Source: Epiperipatus broadwayi (lineage: Eukaryota > Animalia > Onychophora). From it: a stretch of DNA of 64,000 bases. Numbering within the stretch: position 1 is the stretch's first letter; every line of letters begins with the position of its first letter. The stretch is taken from positions 2,232,001-2,296,000 of the forward strand of contig JAQFVV010000002.1 of NCBI GenBank assembly GCA_028023455.1, given 5' to 3'. Position numbers and translations under genes: made by a program. This document shows, piece after piece, positions 40,296-53,123 of the stretch. Under the pieces are notes generated by a model, which saw only the letters and a program-made list of their open reading frames with translations, was not told the DNA's origin and made no database searches.

Positions 40296-40642
40296 TAGAG
40301 GAAATTGATCTCAGCATTTTTCAATCTATTCATTCTCCATTCTATTGCAAAGTATCAATACACATGACCACACCCATGAAAAATGATACATGATTTCCTA
40401 TATACATATTTTATGCAGATCTAGCACTTATCAGTTTTGGCCAGATCATAATCTCCCACACATACTGATTGTACATATGTGTGGAAGATTAATATCTAGT
40501 CCAACAGATGAATATTGTTTCTGCATGAAATACTTATATTGGGGATCATGTGTCTTTTTCTTGTGTGTGGTCATGTGTATTGATTGTTTGAGATTGAGTG
40601 GAGGATGAGTAAACTAAAAAATCCTGAGTTCAAATTCCTTTA
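40296..40642. mobile_element. Fold-back copy of HHR family B (both ribozymes degenerate)
   Basis: The inverted arms carry CACATGACCACAC/GTGTGGTCATGTG. The cores are CTGATAA...AAAA (minus, ~40398-40440) and CAGATGA...GAAA (plus, 40501-40542). Confidence 0.8.
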
Positions 40643-42596
40643 TTTATATATTTATTATAAGTATTATTAGCTATTATATTTTATAATTATCTTGAGTAGT
40701 ATAAAATCTATTCAATCTATTTATACTATACAATTATATCAATGGATTACAATTCCAAATCCTCATGACATTTATACAACTATATATAACATTTCCCCAT
40801 ATCTTTTTGAATACTATCATAGTCTAGAGTTAAATAGTTAATCAATAATATCAATCATATTTTTCATAAATTAATTTGTTATATATCTTAATGTAAATTC
40901 AGTATGTGTGCATATATGTTTTTGGAACTTATTATTTTAGCAAGTGACAATAGCTCAGACTCTAATCAAGCAAGCTTATAATAATTACTCATATGAATAT
41001 TACATAATTTAATCCTCCTAACAATACATATTCAATAAGGCATTGAACAATATTTGACATCCAAATAAATAATTAATTGCATAAATTTTGAATATTTGAA
41101 ATTTATATAAAAAATATAGTCATGCAATCACTACTAAATCTAATAAAACTTTAAAATCTAAAGACTAAGCATGTGAATCTTCAATAAACAGTAGATATGC
41201 TTCAAAATAAATCTGAAAGAATAAGGTAGATAAAATATTGCAAATACATTATTAGATTCTATAACTATGACAATAAGGTTACTGTATATGAGTGTGCAGG
41301 TTGTGCATGGCACAAAGGTGCTTCATCATGGGGGCACCAAGATATTAAGATAATTAATAAAATTTTATATGTAAATAAAATCACTTCATTGTTGTAAATA
41401 TGTTCTGAATATAAATATTTTTTATTTATGTATGAGAGTACTACTTGTTTACTTAATTTTACTGTGACATTTGTCCAAGCCTTGAATTTCAAGGCTTGAG
41501 TTTGAAATATACTACATTTATAATCATATTACTACATTAAACTGAACAGATCAATTCCATCTTTTGATAATTAATAAATCTTATAATGTAAATGTTTAGA
41601 TTTCTGAATCACTTTATTGTTAGGAATCCATTTCGATTGTAAATATTTTTTATGTAAATATGAGGAAAACTTCTTTACTTGAACATATTGTGACAATTGC
41701 CCGAGATTCAAAATATATTTCATATATTCTACCATTGCACAAAATGGAACAGGCTGACATCCTTTTGTCACTATATTTCATAAAAAAATTTATATAAATG
41801 AAAATGTTTAGATTTCCCAATCATTTTTATTTAAACATTCTAATTTATATGAAAAATGACATATTATTATTAAAAATTAATTTAAAAATAAACATTTAAA
41901 ATAATATCTCATAATAATTATGAATAATAGGCCATTTAGCTTATCAGTCATATTTTATAAGCTTTCTGTCATGTATTTGTATAGTCAAAGGCTTAGAGTA
42001 GATTACCAAAAGTCTCAGTCTGTGATTTGAAAGTTGAATCTAATGAAGATAAGTACTTTTTTAACAGTAATATTGTCTTTTACTTTACTTTTTAATACTA
42101 ATCTTATAATTTTTTATATTTTATTAATATGATTTTTATTGGATTTACACTGTAATGGAGTTCGTTATTTAGATAAAATTCATAATTGACCCATAAAATT
42201 ATTCAAATATATAAAGGTCTAAAATCTAAAGAAAACGGAGTTAGTAAAAATCATTTTTAAAAAAAAGATACTATTGTGGGCATTTCATTAAAATGTTATC
42301 GTTTTATATTCTTCTGATGTTTATAACAAGTAAGCAATTTCACTTGTAATCACTCTATTGGGAAAATGCCTACAAATTTTTTTTTATTGATTCCAATGGA
42401 AGAAACTAACTCTTTGATATTTTTTACTTATTATAATCTATCATTAAACAAAAAAAAGTGTAAGGTGTGGTATAATGGCTTCTAAAAAATTATTGAATAA
42501 ACAATGTAATTGTATTTTTTTTTTTTACTTTAAGTAAATGCAAAGTAAATTCTTAAAATTCCTATATAATTGATTATATAGCTTTACTAACTTTTT

Positions 42597-42699
42597 GTTT
42601 TCTCATGTGTCATAGCATCAGCCAAGAAGCGAACCCACGATCCTGGGATAACCGCTTGTAAAGCGGCCGTCGCTGACCTCTCGACCACCAATGCTTGAC
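42597..42699 (-). mobile_element. tRNA-Gly-derived SINE (T-arm duplication subfamily), with a 17-bp TSD
   Basis: AGCTT(T/G)ACTAACTTTTT lies at 42580-42596 and 42700-42716. The body and trailer match the other copies. Confidence 0.9.
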
Positions 42700-44208
42700 A
42701 GCTTGACTAACTTTTTAAGCTAAAACAACAAGCATACAAAAAATGATTCTATAATTGAAGGAATGTTTGAGATTGAAAATCTAACTTTGTTAATAGAAAA
42801 CATAAGTTATTCACAAAAGATTCTAAATGAAACAAAGTAAAATACAAGAATTATTTTGAATTAATATGTCGGTTAGAGTTGCCCTAATTAATAAAGATTA
42901 TTATTTATCACATTGCACCAGCAAAGTCAGGAAAGTTAATATGCAAATTAAAAGGCTAAAAGTGTAAATAATTATAATTTTTTAATATCTATTGGGTCTT
43001 TTGTTAAACTAAATCATATAGAATTTTCATTTTGTTTTAATAAAATTATTCTATTTTATGGATGGGATGGTGGGGTTTTTTTCACATGATAAAAAATATT
43101 TAGATAATTTTAAAAAATAAATTATCTTACTTGCAAATATAGATATATTAAAATTGCACATGTTGATACTTATAATATATAAATAATTACTTATTTATTA
43201 TAAATATGGTTTTGAATCAATATTTGAGAAAATAAAATATATATAATGCAAAAAAAATATATTTTATTTTCATCAATGTTTTATTGTGAATCCATTAATA
43301 ACATCAACCTAATTTAATTTGTTTTATTTTTTTTCTTGCAAATTCACATGAACATGACCAGAACTTTGAGAAACGTTTAGGTAAACAATGTAACTAAAAA
43401 ATTAGTGTTACCACATAATCAATGCTTCTATAATTATATTACTTCACATATAATATTCATTGTTGGGTTTCAAATTTCATAGTTTTAGTCAAAAAAGAAA
43501 TGTAGTTTCATTTAGCATGTGATAAAATATTTAATTTTATGATTTTCACTAAAGAGATAGATTATCAGTCTGGGGCCTTGATAAATGTGAGGCCTTCTGC
43601 CATTACATTTACACCCAGGCCAGTTTTTTCATGTGACTAGGGACACTGAAATTTAGTTTGCACAAAGGTGCCTCTTACCTATGCAATACCCCTGTATGAC
43701 AATATCTCCTTTACTATATAAAAGCATCTGTGATGCATATACGTCTTACTACAAGAATTCATTTGAAAACTTTAAATAAAAGTTAAGTCAAGCCTATTTT
43801 AAATTTAAAAAAAAAACAAAGGCACCTTTCAGTGTTAGATTCAGCAGGCTGCCAATAAATTCTTAGCCTTCTTTTCCTTTTTTAATATTAGCCTTAATAA
43901 ACTTTTTAAAATCTGATATTATTCATAGATATTAATTTTGATTAATAGTTTTCATTGACATATACATTTTACTTTAATTTTATTCAGTTTTATATTAAAA
44001 AAGATTAGCTTTAAATATAAAGAGAAGGAGGATTTCTGCAAACTATCTAGTGGTCTTTATTAAATGTTTTAAAATAAATAATTAGCCCTGGAGTTTAGCT
44101 CTCACAATTCAATCTCCCATTTCATACTCTTAAAATTAATATAGGGGATGTGAACACAGAATTTCAAGCACCCCATGATCACTCACATATGGAAAAGATA
44201 AATAATTA

Positions 44209-44250
44209 CCAATATATGTATTTGGTACTAAACCAGCACTCATCAGTTGG
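44209..44250 (-). ncRNA. Type-I hammerhead, family B, G12C variant (likely inactive)
   Basis: CCAA CTGATGA GTGCT GGTTT AGTAC CAAA TACATATA TTGG. Confidence 0.7.
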
Positions 44251-44569
44251 TTAAGATTATCATCTCCTACATACATATATAATCAATGCTTAGTTTATAT
44301 AAAGATATCAAATCTTCATACTTTAATGGACAGGCTTCAATTTACTCCAATCTCCAACACTTCAGCCATCCATTCTATTGAAAATCTGATGATGGAAAGC
44401 CCAAATCCCATGCTGATGCCAATATTATTGCCATGCCCATGTTGACCTCAAGTCCCTCTGACCCCTCATGTATAGGACCTTATCCATTTAAATACAGAAA
44501 AGAGAGATGGTCAGGATGTAGACTTACTGAGCACTGATTATATATATATGTGGGAGATGATAATCTAGA

Positions 44570-44611
44570 CCAACTGATGAGTGCTGGTTTAGCATGAAAT
44601 ACGGATATTGG
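44570..44611 (+). ncRNA. Intact minimal type-I hammerhead ribozyme (family B)
   Basis: CCAA CTGATGA GTGCT GGTTT AGCAT GAAA TACGGATA TTGG. Stem I extends as ATAATC-[TAG bulge]-ACCAA / TTGGT-GATTAT. The triplet is AUA, with the cut after 44607. Confidence 0.85.
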
Positions 44612-46866
44612 TGATTATTTATCTTTTCTATATGTGTGTGGTCATGTGTATCAATAATATGACATAGTGTGGATAGTTGAAGGGGGCTGGAAGTCTGTTT
44701 TCAAATCCCCTATATTTACAATTAACTTCCAGGTATATGAAGAATGCTTGCATTTCAAATCTTAAAATTAATATAAAAATAATATTATATGAATTTAACT
44801 TATTAAATGTACTTTACACCACAATATTAATTCAAAATGAATAATAAAAAACATGTTAACCAAAAAGTAGAGGGTGAAATAAATAATAATGTAAGCCTAG
44901 ATATAAAAAAAGAACATTTATTTTAGAATTTAAATAAAGTTCATAAAATATGTAGAAATTTAAAATGACTTAAATAAAATTACCTTGGATTAGTGGTCTT
45001 CAGCAATCAGTAAAACCTAGTGATAATAGTAAGATTATTTATTTCTTTTACATATATTTTTTTATTCATTTAAAAGAGCTCTGTGTTTAAAATTCAAACT
45101 TTTATGTTGAAGTTTAAGAATCCTATTTACTTTGTATTTGCCACAATTGCTTTTCCACACACATTTGACATATCTAGTTTGTCATCATCAGTTTCCCACA
45201 TATTTGAAATATTCATTATTGATAGTTATTAGTTGTAAATTTTCAATGCATGGAAAGGTTTTCTGTGCATGAAAGATATTTCTGATAATTGCATATTAAT
45301 TTGATCATAACTCCTTCTTGATAATCAGTACATCAAGAAAGAGAATCATAAATAAAAAGAGACCAATTGATTTCTCTTGCACACTATATTAAATTTTTTT
45401 TTAGAGAATTATAATCTTAAAATTGCAAAAGAAAAGTTATTGTAGGAATTTTTTTTCTTTTAAAACATACTTAAAATTTGTAATAAAGAAATAAGTTGTA
45501 AAAGACAATTATAGATCAAATATATAGAGTAATTAATTCTGATAATATAAAATATTATATGTATTTTATGTATGACTTTCAATCTATTTTTTGTTAAACC
45601 TTTATATTTTAATGCATTCTGTCTGAACTTAAAATCAGGTCTAGACAGTATTTGAATTATTTTTTATTTTACTAATACATTAAATGTTCATAAATAAAAA
45701 AACTGTCTTATGTTCTTTATTTTAAAATAAAATAAAAAGCTATTTTATTTAAACTTAAACAAAATTCTCTATATCTAACATCTGCATGCCTATATTTCTT
45801 TTAAATTTAAATATAATCTATTATGTAATATTTAACTAAATGTACTATCCTACAATCATGTAATTTGATATTTTAATCTTAAACTAATCTCCTCCAAACA
45901 CCTAAAATAAACATATAATGGGTAATTCCATTACAATATATATATATAATACAATTTTATTAACTTATAAATATATAAAACTGCAAATTTAAGTGTCCTT
46001 TTTAAAAATAATTATGAATATACACAATACAGAATACAATTATGTAAATGTTTAAATACAATTAAAATCTTGACATGATTTAAAAATTAGATTTTATCCT
46101 TTAATATGATGAAGTAACTGATTTAATGTTTATTTATTGGCCTCTGTGCTTAATGATTTTAGACTTACAAATACCGAAGTTTAAAAAAAATTTTTTTTTG
46201 AAAGGAAATAAAATATTTTAGACTTAATTAATTTAAAATTATAAAAATTTAATAATATTCACTTCATAAAAATATTTCCAGAAAATAATTCTAGTATCAA
46301 CCAAACAGAACTCAAGTTTTTGAGTGCATGTATCATTGTTCTTATTAAAAAAAATTTATGCATGTAATTCTCTTCATTAGATCCCTATAATATTTTTAAT
46401 TATTTTAGGCTTAAAAATAGGTGAATTAATTTTACTCATCTTTTTTAATTATCTAATATTTATAATATGAAAAAATGTTTTAAATTATAAAAATTTTGCC
46501 ATGTGGAATTGACAAAAAAAATCATGATACACACTGTGACAGTTTCTTTATTTATAAATTTTTACCTTATAGTAGTATTTTTCACTTTAATTTTTAAAAA
46601 TATTGAATTAATAGCTCAGATCAAATACTAACTTATATATCTATTAAAGATTAATGTTAAGACTTATATTCATTTTTTTTTCTATTAATAAAATGAAGTT
46701 CTGTTTAATGCATATGGTGCCATATCCCAAGATCTATATCTATTATTTATGCTATATTTTTCAAATATCTATCTAATGATAGATTTTAGTATATTATTAA
46801 ATAAATCTTAATTTGTTTCACTATTTTATTGTTTCTGTGTCTTAAAATTTGTTTTACTGCTTAGAA

Positions 46867-47331
46867 CAGGAATGGGAAAATAGCAGCCCACTAAGAGTTT
46901 TTATGTGGCCTGCCAAGACAATCAGAAAAATCTGCCTTGGACTAAGATTTTCTTCCTGTTACATGACCAAATATTCATCTTGTATTTTCCATTAGGATGA
47001 CCACATCAATACTCATGCATAGTGTAGATACAATGTGCAGTGCTTTTCCAATTGATCTGGTTAATTTCAATTTTGTCTTTGCATTAGTAAATATATACAT
47101 TTCCAACTTTAGTGAAACCATGAACCCTCTGAAAAATGTAAAATCAGTAATGAATGTCATGTGTTTAATGAAGAATGGACAAACAAATATTTCTTTGGTA
47201 ATACAGGGAATAAAGCAGTGTATTTATTGTGTCATGAAAAAAAGGTGCGACCCTCTGCTAACCTTCACTTCTACAAAGTGGCCCTCCACCGACCTATGTG
47301 GTCCCCAAGCCAAAACAATTACCCACTCCTG
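46867..47331 (+). mobile_element. Complete 465-bp non-autonomous hAT derivative
   Basis: The TIRs are CAGGAATGGGAAAA and TTACCCACTCCTG. The TSD is GCTTAGAA (46859-46866) / GCTTTGAA (47332-47339). It encodes CRVFNEEWTNKYFF..GNKAVYLLCH-like residues. Confidence 0.88.
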
Positions 47332-48091
47332 GCTTTGAAGGTTATAGAAGCTCTCAATCTTTGTAATTTCTCACAAAATCTATAATTGAATGATTCAAAA
47401 AATCATAATATATTTTATCACTATTATAATTTTTGATTGCAATACTATCTTACTTTATTTCTAGAACTTTTTTCAAAATAAATAGGTTCTTTGTGAAAAT
47501 TCATTGTCAAGTTTTTTAGTAAAACTCTTACCTTAGATCAAGTATTTGTTTTAAATATGTTTTGATAACTCACTATTTTTAATGTAATAATACTTCATCA
47601 TTAATGATAAAATGAAGATCTTTTTTCATTATCTGATAAGACATTATTAAATTGTATATTTTAAATCTTTACACTTCATTATCAACACCTTTTTATGTTT
47701 TATGGGAACTTTTATCAAAGAAAATGCTGCATCTTCATGTTTATTACTTATCCTTTTGTATTACCCTAATGATATGTAAAACTTGTAGATTATATTTAGT
47801 TCATTTTCAAACACCAGAATTCTATTATGTATAGCATTCGCCAATGTAAGGCTGGACAAGCCATTGAGATCTTTAAGAGGTCAGATTGCAACAGTAATGG
47901 TGATGACAGATATAAAAAAATTTTTAAAACCCATTGTTATGAATAGTTTCTGATTTTTTTTCTTTATTAAAATAAATAAATAGAGAATGAAAATAGGCTA
48001 CAGAGTGATCCTTAAAATATAATTCTATTAAAATAATATTTAATAATTTACACCAAACCTTATAATTTAACGTATATATATATTGTATTGT

Positions 48092-49562
48092 TTGCAAAGC
48101 AAGATACATAATTGACTACAAGAATAGTTAAGTGCTGGTTATCTTTGGGTAACAATTTTAATAAAAACAATAGTTAAAATAAACAGAACCCCCCCCCCCT
48201 ACAATATATGTTGTTTGTCTTATCTCTAAGATTAAAGTTCAAGGTTCAAAGGTCAATTATTCAAAACTTTAAATATAAATAAAAAAGATTTAATTTTGTT
48301 TTGTTAAATGTCAAATTTATAAAAATAATTTTTATATTGGAATGAATATTTTTATTGTAATTAATAAAATTCGTTTTAAAAAAATATGGTTAGAACCGTA
48401 ATAGAATATGATTTTTTATTTTAATCAGTGATAGTTTAATAAATGTGATTTAAAATTTTTATTGAAAGCTAGCATTCTTGCCAGTGTTTCCACTCTGAGT
48501 TTTGTTTTACAATTGTTATTAGCAGATTATAAAAACTTTAAATTTATTTTTTATTACCAGCCAAGTTATGAACAAAGATAAATATTGTAAAATGGATATT
48601 ATGGTTGACAGCAGCTAATTCCTCTATGTGCATCATTCACCCTGGATTAAGTAGCCTGGATTAATTATTTATCTTCAGCCTGATATGTGATCAAACTTGA
48701 ACTGCCATTTCTGAGGTCTTCTAAATCTACGGTAAAAGTTTATGTTAGCAAAGTGATTGTTAACTGAAAGTCCTCTCTTACAAAATATATATTTTAGAAA
48801 GGTGAAGAAATATGATTTAAGAAAATATGATCTGAATAAATTAAAACTTGAAGCAGCTAAAGGAATTGAAAAGTCATTGTTTCTACATTTTCAAGAATGA
48901 TGTACAACATCTTCAATGCTGAAATAGACTCCAGGATGAAAAGCAAACGAAGAAAAAAATGTTATGCTTAACATAAAAGGAATTTTAAACTGAAGACATT
49001 GAGAAAACTTTAGCGTTTAAAAGGATGATCGCTTGAAGGATGACAATGTGTAAATACTTATTATTTTAAAATTTAATGTAATGATGTTTTAAGCATGTTA
49101 TATGTCTTATTGTAAGACCACATGTGAGATGGATGGATGAAATAAGAAAGTGTGCAGGGGTGATGTGGAGAAGAGAAGCTAAAGATCGGAGAAGATGGAT
49201 TAAACTTGGAGAGACCTTCATCCTGCAGTGGATTGATAATGGTTGATAATGATGATAATAAATATTTTTTGTTCGTTATTAATCTGATCTTCTGTTCTAT
49301 CATTTAAATTATAAATTAAATTTCTAATAGCTTGGGAAATAAGAATTTATATTTTCCTGAATTAGTCATGGTAGTGTTTTAATAAGACTGATGGTATGGT
49401 ATATCCTCCTATAAATTTCTCAATTTAGGATGGAGCTCTGGAAATATAAATTTATAATCTATAGAGAATCTAATTTCCCTTCAGTCATTTAGGAGTGATT
49501 TATGGTCTGGAAATGTGATATAGATTTTAGTATTTTTATTATCTGTCTGACCATTAGTATGA
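48092..49562 (+). repeat. Copy 1 of a ~1.35-kb direct repeat (unclassified; carries an RTE insertion)
   Basis: It is colinear with 53124-54468 from TTGCAAAGCAA to TGTCTGACCATTAGTATGA, at ~85% identity by eye. Confidence 0.9.
49115..49255 (+). mobile_element. RTE LINE 3' fragment with (GAT/AAT) tail
   Basis: It matches 52788-52930 and is absent at the homologous site of the 53-54 kb duplicate (CTTATTGTA|TAATAAATATT). Confidence 0.88.
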
Positions 49563-49960
49563 AAAAGAAGCAGAAAATATTACCAGTGAAAAACAAATTA
49601 AAGATCAGATAGAAGACTCAAATAAAGATGAGCTTATGGCAATGATATGTAAAATATTAGAAATAATGACTATAATGCTTGAGAATCAAAATCAGTAGAT
49701 GACCATAATATTTAAAGAACAAAATGAAAAACTTAAAAATCAAAATAAAGAGATAGCCATAAGGTTTGAAAATCAAAGTAAAATATTAGAAAGAATAGTA
49801 AATCAAAATAAAGAGATAAGTGTAATACTTGATAATCATAAAAGAGAAATAATAGAAACAGGAAATCATAAGGTATTATAACAGGTTCCTTTAGAAATAA
49901 CTACTATTGTTGAAAAGATAGAAATAGAATGTTCTGGTGATGTAGTAGAAAAAAATGTAT
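49560..49960 (+). pseudogene. Coiled-coil-rich gag/ORF1-like retroelement relic
   Basis: There is a long purine-rich frame with one internal stop (KEQNEKLKNQNKEIAIRFENQSKILERIVNQNKEISVIL). The evidence is compositional only, with no diagnostic motif. Confidence 0.3.
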
Positions 49961-51540
49961 AAAAGGGCAGCAAAGCTTAACTATGAACCTTCCAAATATT
50001 GAACAGTTACAACTAAGTGAGGAATTAAAGACTAAAGATAATCAAGGAAATATGTGTGCTTTGAATATGAAATTATTTCCAAAGAAATGGAAATTTTATG
50101 GAAATTTTAGAGAGTAAAATTTATGATAATGTAGAAGGAATAAAGCCATACCTTGTAGAATAAGGGAAAGTAAAGATTAAAAGGGTCGCAGCTGTAATGG
50201 AAAAGAAAAGGGGAAATATAACTAATAGAAAAGTAACTAAATATTCACTCCAGTAGAAGATTTATAATAAGAATGACCATGTGATAAATTATTGTATAGA
50301 TAAAAAAAATTATTTTATTTCAAAATGCAGAGTATTTGAAAAATACATGGATAGAGGAAAAGCTTAAGTCCAGTTTAATATTGTGATAAATTTGGATGGC
50401 TCTATCTCCTTAAAAACCCATGATCTGAACCAGTTAATGAGGTTATATATGAATGAAGATAAAATATAACTTTACAGAAACATTTTTTTAAAAAAAAAAT
50501 GTATGCTCATTCTTTATTTCAACTGTTAAAAAACATAACAAGACAAATAATAATTTGAGATGTAAAGATTATAATTGTTAAAAAAATATGAGACAAATAA
50601 TAATTTTGAGATGTAAAGAAGAATTGCCAGTAAAAAAATTGTTTATAATTGTGATACTTTTGAATCATTAATTATATATTATGCAAATAATATTTGCTGT
50701 CACACCTTATGAAATTAAAAATCATGGTTCTCATAGAGGTGAAGTTATTGACTTATATGGCTTTATTCACAGAAAAAAATATTTTGCAGAAGATAATTTC
50801 TTTATTTATTGTTTTATTATAATTCTATATGAAGAGATAATGAGGTTTGAAAATGATGTTCTATGATGGTCATATGATACATTCAGTTTTGTAGATCATG
50901 TCAAAGCTAGACATAGATTAATGAAAACAGGAGATCTAAGAATAAATAAGCAGAAAACCTCTAATCAAACTTTTCAGTGGGGGGGGGGGTAAAGTTATGA
51001 TATAGATTAATCTCATAACTCACCCTGAAAAACATTTCTATAAAAAATTTCAAAAAATGTATGATGGCTCATTTACTATCATTTACCAACATAACTGGCT
51101 AATGAATAAATAGAAAAGGGAACATACAATGCCCACTTTTTGAAACTTGTAAGAGAACTTGAACTAGTGATTGTGAGTAGATGCTATAATAAGTTAGCAG
51201 TATAAAATGTAAGTTTTTAGTCTGCATGCTAATTGTGGATGGAAGATATTTGTATGATTCAGCCTTTACTTTGAATGTGTTGGTTGAATTGAGATGTATG
51301 CTTGTGATAAAAAAAACCCATGTAAGTTGATAGTGAAGCACCAGTTGAAAAATATCCTGGGCTCAATACAGAATAGATGGTAGAAAGGACTTTCCATTGA
51401 AATGATAATTATAAATGTTAAGTTAAACTGGATGTTCAGTAGAGTTTTCCTGATATTTGCAAATGCTTTCCAAACCAAGGGTCCCAGGTTAACAACCATA
51501 ATGTTGTGCAACATCCTTAAGAAATTGAAATTGGGTTTAG

Positions 51541-51779
51541 TTAACATTTGGTCAGTTTATTTTAGTGTTGGAAGTGATTTTAAATTTAATACTTATACTA
51601 TTTTCATCTCTAGCTCATTATCAAAATAATTAACATTTAGTTAGTTTAGTTTCATATGGAGAAGTGATTTTAAACTTAATACCTCTATCATTTTGAACTT
51701 TAGCTGATTATCCAGTTTAATTAACATTTAGTCACTTTACTTTTATTAGAAAAAGAGATTATTAATTTGGTACCTCTAT
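51541..51779. repeat. ~90-bp minisatellite interrupted by the RTE insertion (resumes at ~52940-53010)
   Basis: Units start TTAACATTT(G/A)G at 51541, 51631 and 51721. A similar unit follows the RTE tail. Confidence 0.7.
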
Positions 51780-52939
51780 GTTTATTCAATCTTTATTTTC
51801 ATATTTTGAGCAAATCGATTAAACATTACTTTAGTCTTTTTAACATTTATCTTTAGTCCTACTTTCCTACTTTCATCTGATAATTCCTGCAACATATCCT
51901 GCAGCTCTGAAGCATTATTTGCAAAAACAACTACATCATCTGCGAAATTTAAATGACTTAAATTCTCTCCATTTACTTTCACTCCTTTAGTTTCCCATTT
52001 TAATCCACAAAATACTTCTTGCAGCACTGCTGTAAAAAGTTTTGGAGATATGGAGTCACCTTGTCTTACACCTTTCTCAATGTTGACTTTCCCAGTATCA
52101 TTATGTAATCTAATTGTTGCTGTTGCATTTTTATAAATATTCTTCAAAATATGACATTATCCTGGATGATCCAATGCTTTAATCACTGAAGAAATGTTTA
52201 TAGAATCAAATGCCTTTTCATAATCTACAAATCCAAAACATAATGACAACTCATATTCATTTGACCTTTCTATAACTTCTCTCAACACCTGGATATGATC
52301 TACTGTACTAAAACCACTTTTAAATCCAGCTTATTCTCTTGGTTGGTGGATACCTTGGTCAGATTATTAATACAGATGGAAACATAATGGAATAAATTAA
52401 TCATAGAATTAAACTTGGTTGGAGTGCTTTTGGTAGAAATAACTTGATACTAAAAGGAAATATGCCTATGTGTTTGAAAAGGAAGGTTTTTAACAAATGT
52501 GTTTTACCAGTTCTTACTTATGGATCTGAGACTTGGACACTTAATAGAAGAGCAATACAAAGACTTCAGATCACTCAAAGAAGTATGGAGAGATGTATGT
52601 TGGGAGTAACAAGAAGAGATCAAAAACGCAATGTATGGGTTAGAGAACAAACGGGTGTTACTGACCTCATTGAAAAAATTAAAAGATTGAAGTAGAGTTG
52701 GGCTGGACATATTGCTAGAAGAGATGATAATAGATGGACAATTGAAATTTTAAACTGGATTCCAAGAGATTGTAAAAGACCCAGAAAGAGACCACATGTG
52801 AGATGGATGGATGAAATAAGAAAGTGTGCAGGGGTGATGTGAAGAAGAGAAGCTGAAGATTGGAGAAGATGGATTAAACTTGGAGAGACCTTCATTCTGC
52901 AGTGGATTGATAATGGTTGATAATGATGATGATGATGAT
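51772..52939. mobile_element. RTE-clade LINE with a 5' inversion (RT on minus 52350-51772; C-terminus on plus 52351-52939)
   Basis: Minus strand: AGFKSGFSTVDHI...VDYEKAFDS...KGVRQGDSISPKLF...HLNFADDVVV...GLKINVKKTKVM. Plus strand: YLGQ...RIKLGWSAFG...KRKVFNKCVLPVLTYGSETW...WAGHIAR...RWMD, followed by (GAT)n. Confidence 0.92.
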
Positions 52940-53123
52940 TCAGTTTACTTTACTATTGATGGTAATTTCAAATTTGCTGTCTCACTTAATTTCTATCTCA
53001 TTATTAAGGTTATATGTATGAATTAAATAATATTAATGTTTAAAGTAGAAATAAAATCATCCAATGTCAAAGATCTGAATTGACTTATTTTATTTCTAAC
53101 CTAATAGGAGGGCAATGTACCAG

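Larger units (their letters stand above)
44138..44716. mobile_element. Fold-back copy of HHR family B with a longer internal region
   Basis: The termini AATATAGGGGAT.TGAA.ACAGA and TCTGTTTTCAAATCCCCTATATT are inverted. Each arm has an HHR, and ~230 bp of central sequence is unpaired. Confidence 0.85.

Noticed and set aside
45150-45205. Minus-strand CTGATGA with a 5-bp stem II
   Set aside because: No GAAA and no stem I. At best it is an unrecognisable PLE scar.
51732-52951. Apparent 12-bp TSD TCA(C/G)TTTACTTT around the RTE
   Set aside because: It is explained by the 90-bp minisatellite units on both sides.
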